Part shown: positions 29,120-37,290 of the stretch, piece by piece
Layout of the letters: the number at the start of each line of letters is the position of its first letter
Numbering within the stretch: position 1 is the first letter of the stretch
Position numbers and translations under genes: made by a program
Assembly: GCA_964492895.1 (NCBI GenBank)
Contig: CAZBLR010000002.1
Coordinates: 41,104-105,103, forward strand
Source: an uncultured Zetaproteobacteria bacterium
GTDB lineage: Bacteria; Pseudomonadota; Zetaproteobacteria; Mariprofundales; Mariprofundaceae
Length of the DNA stretch: 64,000 nt
Reading direction: 5' to 3'
Notes under the pieces: model-generated
Database searches by the model: none
What the model was told of the DNA's origin: nothing
The model's input: only the letters and a program-made list of their open reading frames with translations

Positions 29120-30281
29120 CGTCGTGCTGCTGGTGATCACCAGCGCCCTGACCTGCGCGCTACTGCTGGCTTACCTGCTGCGCCTGTTCCGGCTGCCGGC
29201 GGCCGTGGCCTATATCCTGACCGGCCTGATCCTCGGGCCTTCCGGCTTCGCCTTCGTCCGCGACCAGCAGATGGTGGCGCACATCGGCGAGCTCGGCGTG
29301 ATCATGCTGATGTTCTTCATCGGCATGGAGGTATCGCTGCCGCGGCTGATCGCCGGCTGGCGCATCGCCGTGCTCGGGGCGATGGCGCAGATGGCCGTCA
29401 GCGTGGCCGTATGCATGCTCGCCGCCGTACTGTTCGGCTGGCCGTGGAAGCTCGGCCTGCTGCTCGGCTTCATCATCAGCATGAGCTCGACGGCCGTGGT
29501 CATGGTCATGCTCAAGGATGCCAACGAGCTGGGCACCCCGTTCGGGCAGAATGCCCTGGGCGTGCTGTTGATGCAGGACATGGCCATCGTGCCGATCATG
29601 ATCGTGCTCGGCATGCTGGGGGACAACGGCGGGTCGGTGTCGTTCGTCAAGGTCGGCGGCCAGATGCTGGGCGGGGCGGCCCTGGTGGCCGTGGCCGTGT
29701 GGCTGATGCGCAGCCGGCGCCTGCGTATCCCGGTGTCCGGCGACATGTCGCTGGACCGCAAGGTGCTGCTCGGGCTGCTGCTGTGTTTCGCATCGGCCGC
29801 CGTCACCTCGGTGATGGGCCTGTCGGCCGCCTTCGGGGCCTTCCTGGCCGGCATGGTGGTGCATTCCTCCGACCAGGGCGTATGGGTGCGCGAGCATCTG
29901 GAATCGCTGCGCGTCGTGTTCGTGGCCATCTTCTTCCTGTCGATCGGCCTGTTGGTCGACATCCATTTCCTGGCCGGGCACCTGCTGTACCTGGCGGGGC
30001 TGACGATCGGCGTGTTCGTGCTGAACTCGGGCATCAACATGCTGGTGCTGCGCGGGCTCGGCGAATCCTGGGACATGGCCATCGTCACCGGCGGCCTGCT
30101 CAGTCAGATCGGCGAGTTCTCGTTCCTGCTCGCCGCCCTGGGGGTAGAGACGGGCATCCTGCCGCAGAGCGCCTACCAGACGGTGCTGGCGGTGATCGCG
30201 CTGACGCTGATGCTCAGCCCGATGTGGACGATGATGGTGCGCCGCATGCTGGGCGGCGAGGTGGCCCTGTCCGAGTCCTAG
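29109..30281 (+). CDS. Cation:proton antiporter (CPA2/Kef-type membrane domain, no RCK domain)
   Basis: The 390-aa product has about 11-12 TM segments. The N-terminal block is PAAVAYILTGLILGPSGF...ELGVIMLMFFIGMEV. Confidence 0.85.
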   Translation: MKLDVVLLVITSALTCALLLAYLLRLFRLPAAVAYILTGLILGPSGFAFVRDQQMVAHIGELGVIMLMFFIGMEVSLPRLIAGWRIAVLGAMAQMAVSVAVCMLAAVLFGWPWKLGLLLGFIISMSSTAVVMVMLKDANELGTPFGQNALGVLLMQDMAIVPIMIVLGMLGDNGGSVSFVKVGGQMLGGAALVAVAVWLMRSRRLRIPVSGDMSLDRKVLLGLLLCFASAAVTSVMGLSAAFGAFLAGMVVHSSDQGVWVREHLESLRVVFVAIFFLSIGLLVDIHFLAGHLLYLAGLTIGVFVLNSGINMLVLRGLGESWDMAIVTGGLLSQIGEFSFLLAALGVETGILPQSAYQTVLAVIALTLMLSPMWTMMVRRMLGGEVALSES

Positions 30282-30718
30282 GTCGGGGAAGCTCCGGTCT
30301 TCCTGCCCACGGCGGTGATGAAGCTGCGGATGTGCCGGTACAGGTCGTTGCGGGTGACCATGAAGGCCTCGATGATGTCCTCGACGTGGCCGCCCACCAG
30401 CAAGGGATCCGCGATGTCCCAGTGCAGGTACAGGGCGCCGTCCGCGTCCGGCCAGGCGGTGGCCGCATCGCCGATGGAGATGACCCAATCGAAGGCCTGT
30501 CCCGCGAAGGCGCTCACGGGCTTGCTCTGCATGCCGGCCATGTCGACGCTGAGGTGGCGCATCACCTCCTCGGCCATCGGGTGCACCGGCACCGGGGTCA
30601 GGCCGGCACTGCACACTTCGAAACGGTCTGCCGCCAGCGATGTCAGGATGGCCTCGGCCATCTGCGAGGCGCCAGCATTGGTCGTGCACAAAAACAGTAC
30701 GCGGGTCTTGTCAGCCAT
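30278..30718 (-). CDS. ArsC/LMW-PTP-fold protein with a degenerate catalytic loop
   Basis: It lies within ORF 30278..30796 and starts MADKTRVLFLCTTNAGASQMAEA. The P-loop is CTTNAGAS rather than CTGNSCRS, so the Arg is lost. The two downstream redox Cys residues are also absent (WVISIGDAATAWPDADG). Confidence 0.7.
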   Translation of the reverse strand: MADKTRVLFLCTTNAGASQMAEAILTSLAADRFEVCSAGLTPVPVHPMAEEVMRHLSVDMAGMQSKPVSAFAGQAFDWVISIGDAATAWPDADGALYLHWDIADPLLVGGHVEDIIEAFMVTRNDLYRHIRSFITAVGRKTGASPT

Positions 30719-30880
30719 GGCTTGAAGATACCAGCCGCACGTGCACTTGACGATGCCGACGGTGGGGCCGGGCCAGCATCCGCACACGCACGGCAAAGAC
30801 CAGATCGGTGCAGCCGGTGCCTTGCGTCACGTCATGTCCGGCCAGCGCTGGCTATGATGTCGATCGGTAAGGAGGGCACC

Positions 30881-31204
30881 ATGAAACATCTGCCGTTGAT
30901 CCTGTCCCTGTGTCTGGCCCTGTCCGCCTGCGCCACCGACGAGCAAACCCATGCCGCCGTCACGGGCGGTGCGGTCGGTGCGGCCGCCGGCGCCCTGATG
31001 AGTGATCAGCCCGTGGAAGGGGCGATCGTCGGCGGTGCCATCGGCGCCGCGACCGGTGCCGTACTGGCCGATCCCAACCGGCGGGGCGATCGCAGGGAAT
31101 ATCGCCGCGATCGTGGTTGGCATCGGGGCGAATACCGGCGTGATGAAGGGGATGATGGCTATCGCCATGATCGCCGTCGCGACGACGGCGAGGGCGATGA
31201 CTGA
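30881..31204 (+). CDS. Glycine-zipper lipoprotein with an Arg/Asp-rich tail
   Basis: The ATG at 30881 follows an AAGGAGGG SD. The lipobox is LALSAC and the Gly-zipper is GGAVGAAAGAL...GAIVGGAIGAATGAV. The C-terminus reads RRGDRREYRRDRGWHRGEYRRDEGDDGYRHDRRRDDGEGDD. It is the tail of a much longer spurious ORF in the track. Confidence 0.65.
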   Translation: MKHLPLILSLCLALSACATDEQTHAAVTGGAVGAAAGALMSDQPVEGAIVGGAIGAATGAVLADPNRRGDRREYRRDRGWHRGEYRRDEGDDGYRHDRRRDDGEGDD

Positions 31205-31235
31205 GGCCGGCTCCACCGGAGCAACATCGATTCCC

Positions 31236-31646
31236 TTACGCCACGAACGCCTCGATGCGGGCGCGGATCTGGTCGCGCACGCGCCGGAACTCGGCCATGA
31301 TCTGATTCTCGCTGCCCGTGGCCCTGGCCGGATCGTCGAACGGCCAGTGCTGTTTGGCGCAGGCGGCCGGCACCGCCGGGCAGGTCTCGTCGGCATGACC
31401 GCAGACCGTCACCAGCAGATCGAGATCGTCCAGCATCTGCGGCGTCACCACCTTCGAGGACTGGCCGCTGATGTCCACGCCGGCCTCACGCATCACGGCG
31501 ATGGCGCGCGGGTTCTGACCGTGCGCCTCGATGCCGGCGCTCATCGCCTCGAAGCGGTCGCCGGCGAGAAAGCGCAGCCAGCCCTCGGCCATCTGCGAGC
31601 GGCAGGAATTGCCGGTACACAGGAACAGCACGCGCGTCTTAGGCAT
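31236..31646 (-). CDS. arsC: Arsenate reductase, thioredoxin-coupled LMW-PTP type
   Basis: It starts MPKTRVLFLCTGNSCRSQMAEG. The canonical CX5R(S) loop, the Cys pair in VCGHADETCP and the Asp in WPFDDP are all present. It overlaps the ACR3 stop by 8 nt. Confidence 0.9.
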   Translation of the reverse strand: MPKTRVLFLCTGNSCRSQMAEGWLRFLAGDRFEAMSAGIEAHGQNPRAIAVMREAGVDISGQSSKVVTPQMLDDLDLLVTVCGHADETCPAVPAACAKQHWPFDDPARATGSENQIMAEFRRVRDQIRARIEAFVA

Positions 31647-32691
31647 GGTTTCCCTCCTGCGCCAGGGCATACCAGCCGCGCGTGCGGTTGACGATGCCGA
31701 CGACAGAGAGCATCACCGGCACCTCGACGAGTACGCCGACGACGGTGGCCAGTGCCGCTCCCGATTCGAAGCCGAACAGGGCGATGGCCGTGGCCACGGC
31801 CAGCTCGAAGAAGTTCGAAGCGCCGATCAGGGCCGACGGCCCGGCCACGCTGTGCGCGACGCCGAGCCTGCGATTCAGCCAGTAGGCCAGCATTGAATTG
31901 AAGTACACCTGCACCGTGATCGGCACGGCCAGCATCAGGATCACCAGCGGCTGGGCCAGGATCTCCCGACCCTGGAAGCCGAACAGCAGCACCACGGTGG
32001 CGATCAGCGCCGCCATCGAGGCCGGGTCCAAGCGATGCAGGACGTCGTCCAGCATGCCTTTCGCCAGCAGGATCCTGCGGCCCAGCCAGGCCAGCGCCAC
32101 CGGGATGACGATGTACAGCAGCACCGACAGCAGCAGCGTGTCCCAGGGCACGTGGATGCGGGCCACCCCGAGCAGCAGGCCGACGATGGGGGCGAAGGCG
32201 AAGATCATGATCACGTCGTTTAGCGCCACCTGGGACAGGGTGAACTGCGGGTGGCCGCCAACCAGCCGGGACCAGACGAACACCATGGCCGTGCACGGGG
32301 CGGCGGCCAGCAGGATCAGGCCGGCGATGTAGGAATCGATCTTCGCCGCGTCGAGGTAGGGGGCGAACAGCAGGCGGATGAACAGGTAGCCGAGCAGTGC
32401 CATCGAGAACGGCTTGACCAGCCAGTTGACGGCCAGCGTCACGCCGATGCCGCGCCGGTGCTGCCACACCTCGTGCAGCGCCGAATAATCGATCTTCAGC
32501 AGCATCGGCAGGATCATGGCCCAGACCAGCGCCGCTACCGGCAGGTTGATGTGCGCGACCTGCAGATCGCCGAGCGTGTGGAACAGGGCGGGGAATCGCT
32601 CGCCGAGGCCGATGCCGGCTACGATGGCGAGCAGCACCCAGGCGCTGAGATAGCGGGCGAAGATGCCCATGGGTTTGTTTTCTTTGCTCAT
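31639..32691 (-). CDS. acr3: Arsenite efflux permease, ACR3 family
   Basis: It lies within ORF 31639..32757 and starts MSKENKPMGIFARYLS. It has about 10 TM segments and the conserved block LILLAAAPCTAMVFVWS. Confidence 0.9.
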   Translation of the reverse strand: MSKENKPMGIFARYLSAWVLLAIVAGIGLGERFPALFHTLGDLQVAHINLPVAALVWAMILPMLLKIDYSALHEVWQHRRGIGVTLAVNWLVKPFSMALLGYLFIRLLFAPYLDAAKIDSYIAGLILLAAAPCTAMVFVWSRLVGGHPQFTLSQVALNDVIMIFAFAPIVGLLLGVARIHVPWDTLLLSVLLYIVIPVALAWLGRRILLAKGMLDDVLHRLDPASMAALIATVVLLFGFQGREILAQPLVILMLAVPITVQVYFNSMLAYWLNRRLGVAHSVAGPSALIGASNFFELAVATAIALFGFESGAALATVVGVLVEVPVMLSVVGIVNRTRGWYALAQEGNHA

Positions 32692-32781
32692 GGCCGTATC
32701 ATATCCGTTCATCCAAATATGTAAATTTTTTCTGCCGGGGTGAAACCCCGGTGTCACAATGCCCCCCTAAGCTTCGGCGGC

Positions 32782-34512
32782 ATGATGCAGTGGTTCCGTA
32801 CAAATGCGTCCGTAGCTCTGATGGTTCTGGGAGCCATCATTGGCCTGTGGCTTCTCCGCAAGCTGTGGGTCCGCCTGAGGCTGTCGCGCGCCAAGCATCC
32901 ATCGTTGCGCGGTCATGCCCGCTGGTCGCGGCGGGTGGCCCGGCTGGTCCCGTTCTTCGCGTACGACGAGCAGCGTTTTTACAGCTGCGATGGTGCCCCG
33001 GAGGCGGTCAGTCGGCAACGTCGCCTGGCCTTCGCGGAGCTGGCGGCACGCCTGCAGCAGCAGGCCCCGGCAAGCATTGCGTTCAGCGAGTCGCTGGCGT
33101 CCTCGATCTCGGACGTCCAGTTCACCGATGCCTACCGCGTGCCCTTTCCCTTCCGCAACCATGTGCGCCGGCACCTGAAGCTGGGCAGTGTGGTCGAGGA
33201 AACGGCCGATGTGCGCGTCAGGGACCTGGACGGCAACTGGCGATACGACCTGACCGGCGCCTACGGCGTCAACGTCTTCGGGTACGACTTCTACAAGGCA
33301 TGCATGGAACAGGGCTGGGAGATGGTTCGGGGGCTGGGGCCGGTGCTCGGTCCGTATCACCCGGTGATCCGCGACAATGCCGAGCGGCTCAAGGCGATCT
33401 CGGGGCAGGGCGAGGTGTCCTTCCACATGTCCGGCACCGAGGCGGTGATGCAGGCGGTGCGCATGGCCCGCTACCACACCGGCCGCACGCACCTGGTCAT
33501 GCTGTGCGGGGCCTATCACGGCTGGTGGGACGGCGTGCAGCCCGGCGTAGGCGGTGAGCGCCGGACCGACGACGTCTACATGCTGCGGGACATGCACGAG
33601 GCGACGCTGAAGGTACTGGAAACCCGGCACGACATCGCCTGCGTGCTGATCAATCCGCTGCAGTCGCTGCATCCGAACGCCGGGGCGGCCAGCGACGGCT
33701 CGCTGATCGCCAGCGACCGGCGGGCGGGCCTGGACCGCGAAGCCTATGCGGCGTGGCTCAAGAGGATCCGGGACGTCTGCAGCCGCCGCGGCATCGTATT
33801 GATCTTCGACGAGGTGTTCACCGGCTTCCGGCTGGCCCACCGCGGGGCCCAGGCGTACTTCGGCGTGCAGGCGGATCTCGTGACCTACGGCAAGACCCTG
33901 GGCGGCGGCCTGCCGGTCGGCGTGCTGTGCGGCAGCCATGCCCTGATGAGGCGTTTCCGGGACGAGCAGCCGCTGAACATCAGCTTCGCCCGCGGCACCT
34001 TCAATTCGCACCCCTTCGTCATGGCGTCGATGAACGCCTTCCTGCAGCGCATCGAGGCGCCCGAAATCCAGCAGCAGTACGCCGGGCTGGAGGCGCAGTG
34101 GAACGCGCGCGTCGAACGGCTGAACCGGCGCCTGGAGGCGGAGGGATTGCCGGTGCGCATCGCCCATCTGGTGTCGATCTGGACGATCCTGTACACCCGC
34201 CCTTCGCGCTACAACTGGATGTACCAGTACTACCTGCGCGCCGAGGGCATCGCCCTGAGCTGGGTCGGCAGCGGGCGCGTGATCATGAGCCACAACTTCG
34301 ATGATGCGGCCTTCGACGAGGTCGTCGAACGCTTCGTGCGTGCGGGCCGGGCGATGCAGGACGGCGGCTGGTGGTGGCCGCGGCCGGGGATGACCGACAA
34401 GGCCATCAAGCGGCAGCTGCTGCGCGAGATGGTGACGGCGCGCCTGCCGCTTCTGGCCCGCTTCTGGCGGGAGCCGCTGGCGCCCGAACCGACGGGGAGA
34501 GACGCGCCATGA
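32782..34512 (+). CDS. Membrane-anchored class-III PLP aminotransferase/aminomutase (HemL-like)
   Basis: This is ORF 32740..34512. An N-terminal TM helix (VALMVLGAIIGLWLL) is followed by a long linker. HemL-like blocks are HMSGTEAVMQAVRMAR, IFDEVFTGFRL and the PLP-Lys region TYGKTLGGGLPVG. The start at the ATG doublet 32782/32785 is uncertain. Confidence 0.8.
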   Translation: MMQWFRTNASVALMVLGAIIGLWLLRKLWVRLRLSRAKHPSLRGHARWSRRVARLVPFFAYDEQRFYSCDGAPEAVSRQRRLAFAELAARLQQQAPASIAFSESLASSISDVQFTDAYRVPFPFRNHVRRHLKLGSVVEETADVRVRDLDGNWRYDLTGAYGVNVFGYDFYKACMEQGWEMVRGLGPVLGPYHPVIRDNAERLKAISGQGEVSFHMSGTEAVMQAVRMARYHTGRTHLVMLCGAYHGWWDGVQPGVGGERRTDDVYMLRDMHEATLKVLETRHDIACVLINPLQSLHPNAGAASDGSLIASDRRAGLDREAYAAWLKRIRDVCSRRGIVLIFDEVFTGFRLAHRGAQAYFGVQADLVTYGKTLGGGLPVGVLCGSHALMRRFRDEQPLNISFARGTFNSHPFVMASMNAFLQRIEAPEIQQQYAGLEAQWNARVERLNRRLEAEGLPVRIAHLVSIWTILYTRPSRYNWMYQYYLRAEGIALSWVGSGRVIMSHNFDDAAFDEVVERFVRAGRAMQDGGWWWPRPGMTDKAIKRQLLREMVTARLPLLARFWREPLAPEPTGRDAP

Positions 34513-37187
34513 TCGATTTCATCCACAGCCAGGGCATGGGCGAGTTCCGCCAGTCGCTGTACCGGGAGCTCAAGGGCTACCTCGACGAGCAGCGGTTGCA
34601 GAGCGATCCGGCCAACTGCCTCAGGCTGGACATGCACTGCCACGATAAGAACAGCGACGTGCCGGACGAGCTGTGGGGGCGCATCCTGGGCCTGCCGGAA
34701 ACCTGGCTGAAGACCGGCAAGCTGGTGAAATGCCTGAAGGGCAACGGCTGCGACGTCATCACCGTGACCAACCACAACAACGCCCGCTCGTGCTGGGAGC
34801 TGCGCGACAAGGGCGAGGATGTACTGGTCGGTGCGGAGTTCACCTGCCACTTCCCCGAGTACCAGCTGTTCGTGCACGTGCTGGCCTACGGCTTCACGCC
34901 GGAGCAGGAGGCGGAACTCAACCGCCGGCGCGAGAACATCTACGGCTTCGTGCGCTATGCCGCGGCCGAGGACATCCCGCTGGTGCTGCCGCATCCGATG
35001 TATTTCTATACGCGCAACGACCATATCGACCTGGAGCTGTTCGAGAAGCTGGCCGTGCTGTTCGAGCGCTTCGAGCTGGTCAACGGCCAGCGCGACCAGT
35101 GGCAGAGTGTGCTGACGCTGAACTGGATCCGCGGCATCACGCCCGAGAAGATCCGCGACTGGGCGGCCAAGCATGACCTGGATCCGGCCGAGTTCGGCGT
35201 CGATCCGGAGCGGCCCAAGGTGATGACGGGCGGCTCGGACGACCACATGGGCATTTTCGCTGGCGAGTGCGGTTCGCTGCTGCACGTGCCCGACCTGGCC
35301 GAGCGCCTGAAGACGCAGAAGCCGTCGGAACTGGCGCTCGAGGCGATCCGGGCCGGTCGCATCCGCCCGTACGGCAGCGTCGGCGAGAACCAGCGCCTGA
35401 ACATCGCCCTGCTCGACTATTTCGCGCAGGTGGCGACGCACATCAAGGATCCGGGGCTGCTGCGCATCCTGTTCCACCGCGGCGAGACCTCGGACAAGGT
35501 GGCCTGCTTCACGATCAGCAACCTGATGCTGGAGATGCGGAAGCACAAGAACACCCAGAAGTTCTACGACGCCATCCACGGCGCCCTGCACGGCAAGAAG
35601 GTCAAGAAGCTGGTCAAGTGGAACGCCAAGAAGGACTACCGCTTCTGCATCGACTACCTGGAGCAGATCGCCGAAAGCAGGAACAAGTCCCCCGAGGCCT
35701 TCATGGCCACGGTCAGCCGTGCCATCCCCGAACTCATCGCCGGCCTGAGCCGGTTGATCATCTCGCGTCTGGAGAAATCGGGGCTGGGCGGCTCGAAGCA
35801 CAAGCTCAGCAAGCTCACCAGCGAGGAGATCGTGCGGCATTTCGAGGTCCCGAGCCAGCTGACTTCGCTGGTGTTCGGCAGCGACAGCCGGCAGGCGGGC
35901 CTGAGCAAGCTGAATGTCAGCATGGTGCTCGACAGCCTGTCCTTCCCGGTGCTGGTCAGCATCGTGCTGCTGGGAACGTCGATGGGCAGCACGCGCCTGC
36001 TGTACCAGAACCGCCAGTTCCTGAACGATTTCGCCGATCACATCGGCAACAGCCATTTCCCCCGGCGTGCCCTGTACCTGACGGATACGCTGCGCGACAA
36101 GAACGGCGTCTCCAGCTCGCTGAGCGGCAAACTTGCGGAGATCCAGCGCCAGGACCTGCCCATCGACTTCCTGATCTGCCACGCCGACGCGGCGCCGGAA
36201 CCGCACCTGCACGTGGTGCGGCCGCTGACCAGCTTCTCGTTCCCGGACCTCGGCGAGCAGGAGCTGCGCGTGCCCGACGTCATGGAGATCGCCCGCATCT
36301 TCTACGAGGGCGGCTACGACCGCATCGTCTGCTCCACCGAGGGGCCAATGGCCATCATGTCGCTGCTGATCAAGCACATGTTCAACGTGCCCAATTACTT
36401 CTTCATGCATACCGACTGGCTGGACTTCATCAAGGACAATACCGACCTGAACCAGCACGAGCGGGACCGCATCCGCCGGGCCCTGCGCTTCTTCTACAAG
36501 CTGTACAAGGGCGTGTTCGTGCTCAACAACGACCATCGCGACTGGCTGATCGGGCACGAGATGCAGCTCGACGAGGACGCCGTGATGCTGACGGCCCACC
36601 ACACGCAGCCGCGCGATGCGGGCGTGACGCCGGTCGACAAGTCCGCGCTGTTCCCCGATGCCGGCGCCGACACGCCGGTGTTGCTGGCGGCCGGTCGCCT
36701 GAGCCGGGAGAAGGGCATCTTCGACTTGCCCGGGATCATGGCGCGGGTACGGGAGCGCCTGCCGGATGCGCGCCTCGTGGTCGCCGGAACCGGCCCGGCC
36801 GAAGCCGAGCTGAAGAAGCAGCTGCCGGATGCGCTGTTCCTCGGCTGGGTCGACAAGCCGCGCATCCGCGAGCTCTATGCCGGCCTCGACCTGTTCGTGT
36901 TCCCGTCCCGCTTCGACACCTTCGGCAACGTCGTGCTCGAAGCCTTCACCTACGGCATGCCGGTGGTCGCCTACAACTGCAAGGGGCCGAAGGACATCAT
37001 CGAGGATGGGAGCAGCGGCTATCTGGTCGACGACGTGGTCGGGATGGGCGAACGCATCACGGGCTTCTTCGCCGACGATGCGGCTCGCCAGGCCATGCGC
37101 GAGCAGGCCATGCGCCGCAGCCAGGCCTACCAGGCGGAACCGATCATGCAGCGCTTCCTGATCGATCTGGGGCTGGCCGATGCATAA
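34509..37187 (+). CDS. PHP-domain phosphoesterase fused to a GT4 (GT-B) glycosyltransferase (892 aa)
   Basis: It lies within ORF 34371..37187, and its ATG at 34509 overlaps the upstream stop (ATGA). PHP motifs are LDMHCHDKNSD, VTNHNN, AEFTCH and GGSDDHMG. A hydrophobic mid-segment reads LSFPVLVSIVLLGTSMG. The C-terminal GT4 block is FVFPSRFDTFGNVVLEAFTYGMPVVA. Confidence 0.8.
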   Translation: MIDFIHSQGMGEFRQSLYRELKGYLDEQRLQSDPANCLRLDMHCHDKNSDVPDELWGRILGLPETWLKTGKLVKCLKGNGCDVITVTNHNNARSCWELRDKGEDVLVGAEFTCHFPEYQLFVHVLAYGFTPEQEAELNRRRENIYGFVRYAAAEDIPLVLPHPMYFYTRNDHIDLELFEKLAVLFERFELVNGQRDQWQSVLTLNWIRGITPEKIRDWAAKHDLDPAEFGVDPERPKVMTGGSDDHMGIFAGECGSLLHVPDLAERLKTQKPSELALEAIRAGRIRPYGSVGENQRLNIALLDYFAQVATHIKDPGLLRILFHRGETSDKVACFTISNLMLEMRKHKNTQKFYDAIHGALHGKKVKKLVKWNAKKDYRFCIDYLEQIAESRNKSPEAFMATVSRAIPELIAGLSRLIISRLEKSGLGGSKHKLSKLTSEEIVRHFEVPSQLTSLVFGSDSRQAGLSKLNVSMVLDSLSFPVLVSIVLLGTSMGSTRLLYQNRQFLNDFADHIGNSHFPRRALYLTDTLRDKNGVSSSLSGKLAEIQRQDLPIDFLICHADAAPEPHLHVVRPLTSFSFPDLGEQELRVPDVMEIARIFYEGGYDRIVCSTEGPMAIMSLLIKHMFNVPNYFFMHTDWLDFIKDNTDLNQHERDRIRRALRFFYKLYKGVFVLNNDHRDWLIGHEMQLDEDAVMLTAHHTQPRDAGVTPVDKSALFPDAGADTPVLLAAGRLSREKGIFDLPGIMARVRERLPDARLVVAGTGPAEAELKKQLPDALFLGWVDKPRIRELYAGLDLFVFPSRFDTFGNVVLEAFTYGMPVVAYNCKGPKDIIEDGSSGYLVDDVVGMGERITGFFADDAARQAMREQAMRRSQAYQAEPIMQRFLIDLGLADA

Positions 37188-37290
37188 GGCCATGCGCCCA
37201 CGCCTGCCGAAGCGTCTGCCCCGGCCCAGGCGCTGGCCGATGCGCCGGCGCGGGCCGCGGCCACTGCATGCGCTGAGCTGGCGCGAGCGC

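Noticed and set aside
29411-31204. A 597-aa plus-strand ORF crosses the CPA2 gene, the arsC-like gene and the lipoprotein gene.
   Set aside because: Only its last about 107 codons, from the ATG at 30881 with a strong SD, a lipobox and a Gly-zipper, look like a real protein. The rest is an out-of-frame shadow.
32726-32751. A T-run followed by the hairpin CCGGGG-TGAAA-CCCCGG, which resembles an intrinsic terminator.
   Set aside because: The T-tract precedes the hairpin on the plus strand and becomes an A-tract after it on the minus strand. It therefore does not fit a rho-independent terminator in either direction. It lies in a divergent promoter/leader region.
37180-37290. An upstream ATG for the PSD-like gene that overlaps the stop of the PHP-GT4 gene.
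   Set aside because: It would add 37 Arg/Pro-rich residues (MHKAMRPRLPKRLPRPRRWPMRRRGPRP...) unlike PSD N-termini. It is kept only as an alternative start, and coupling cannot be excluded.
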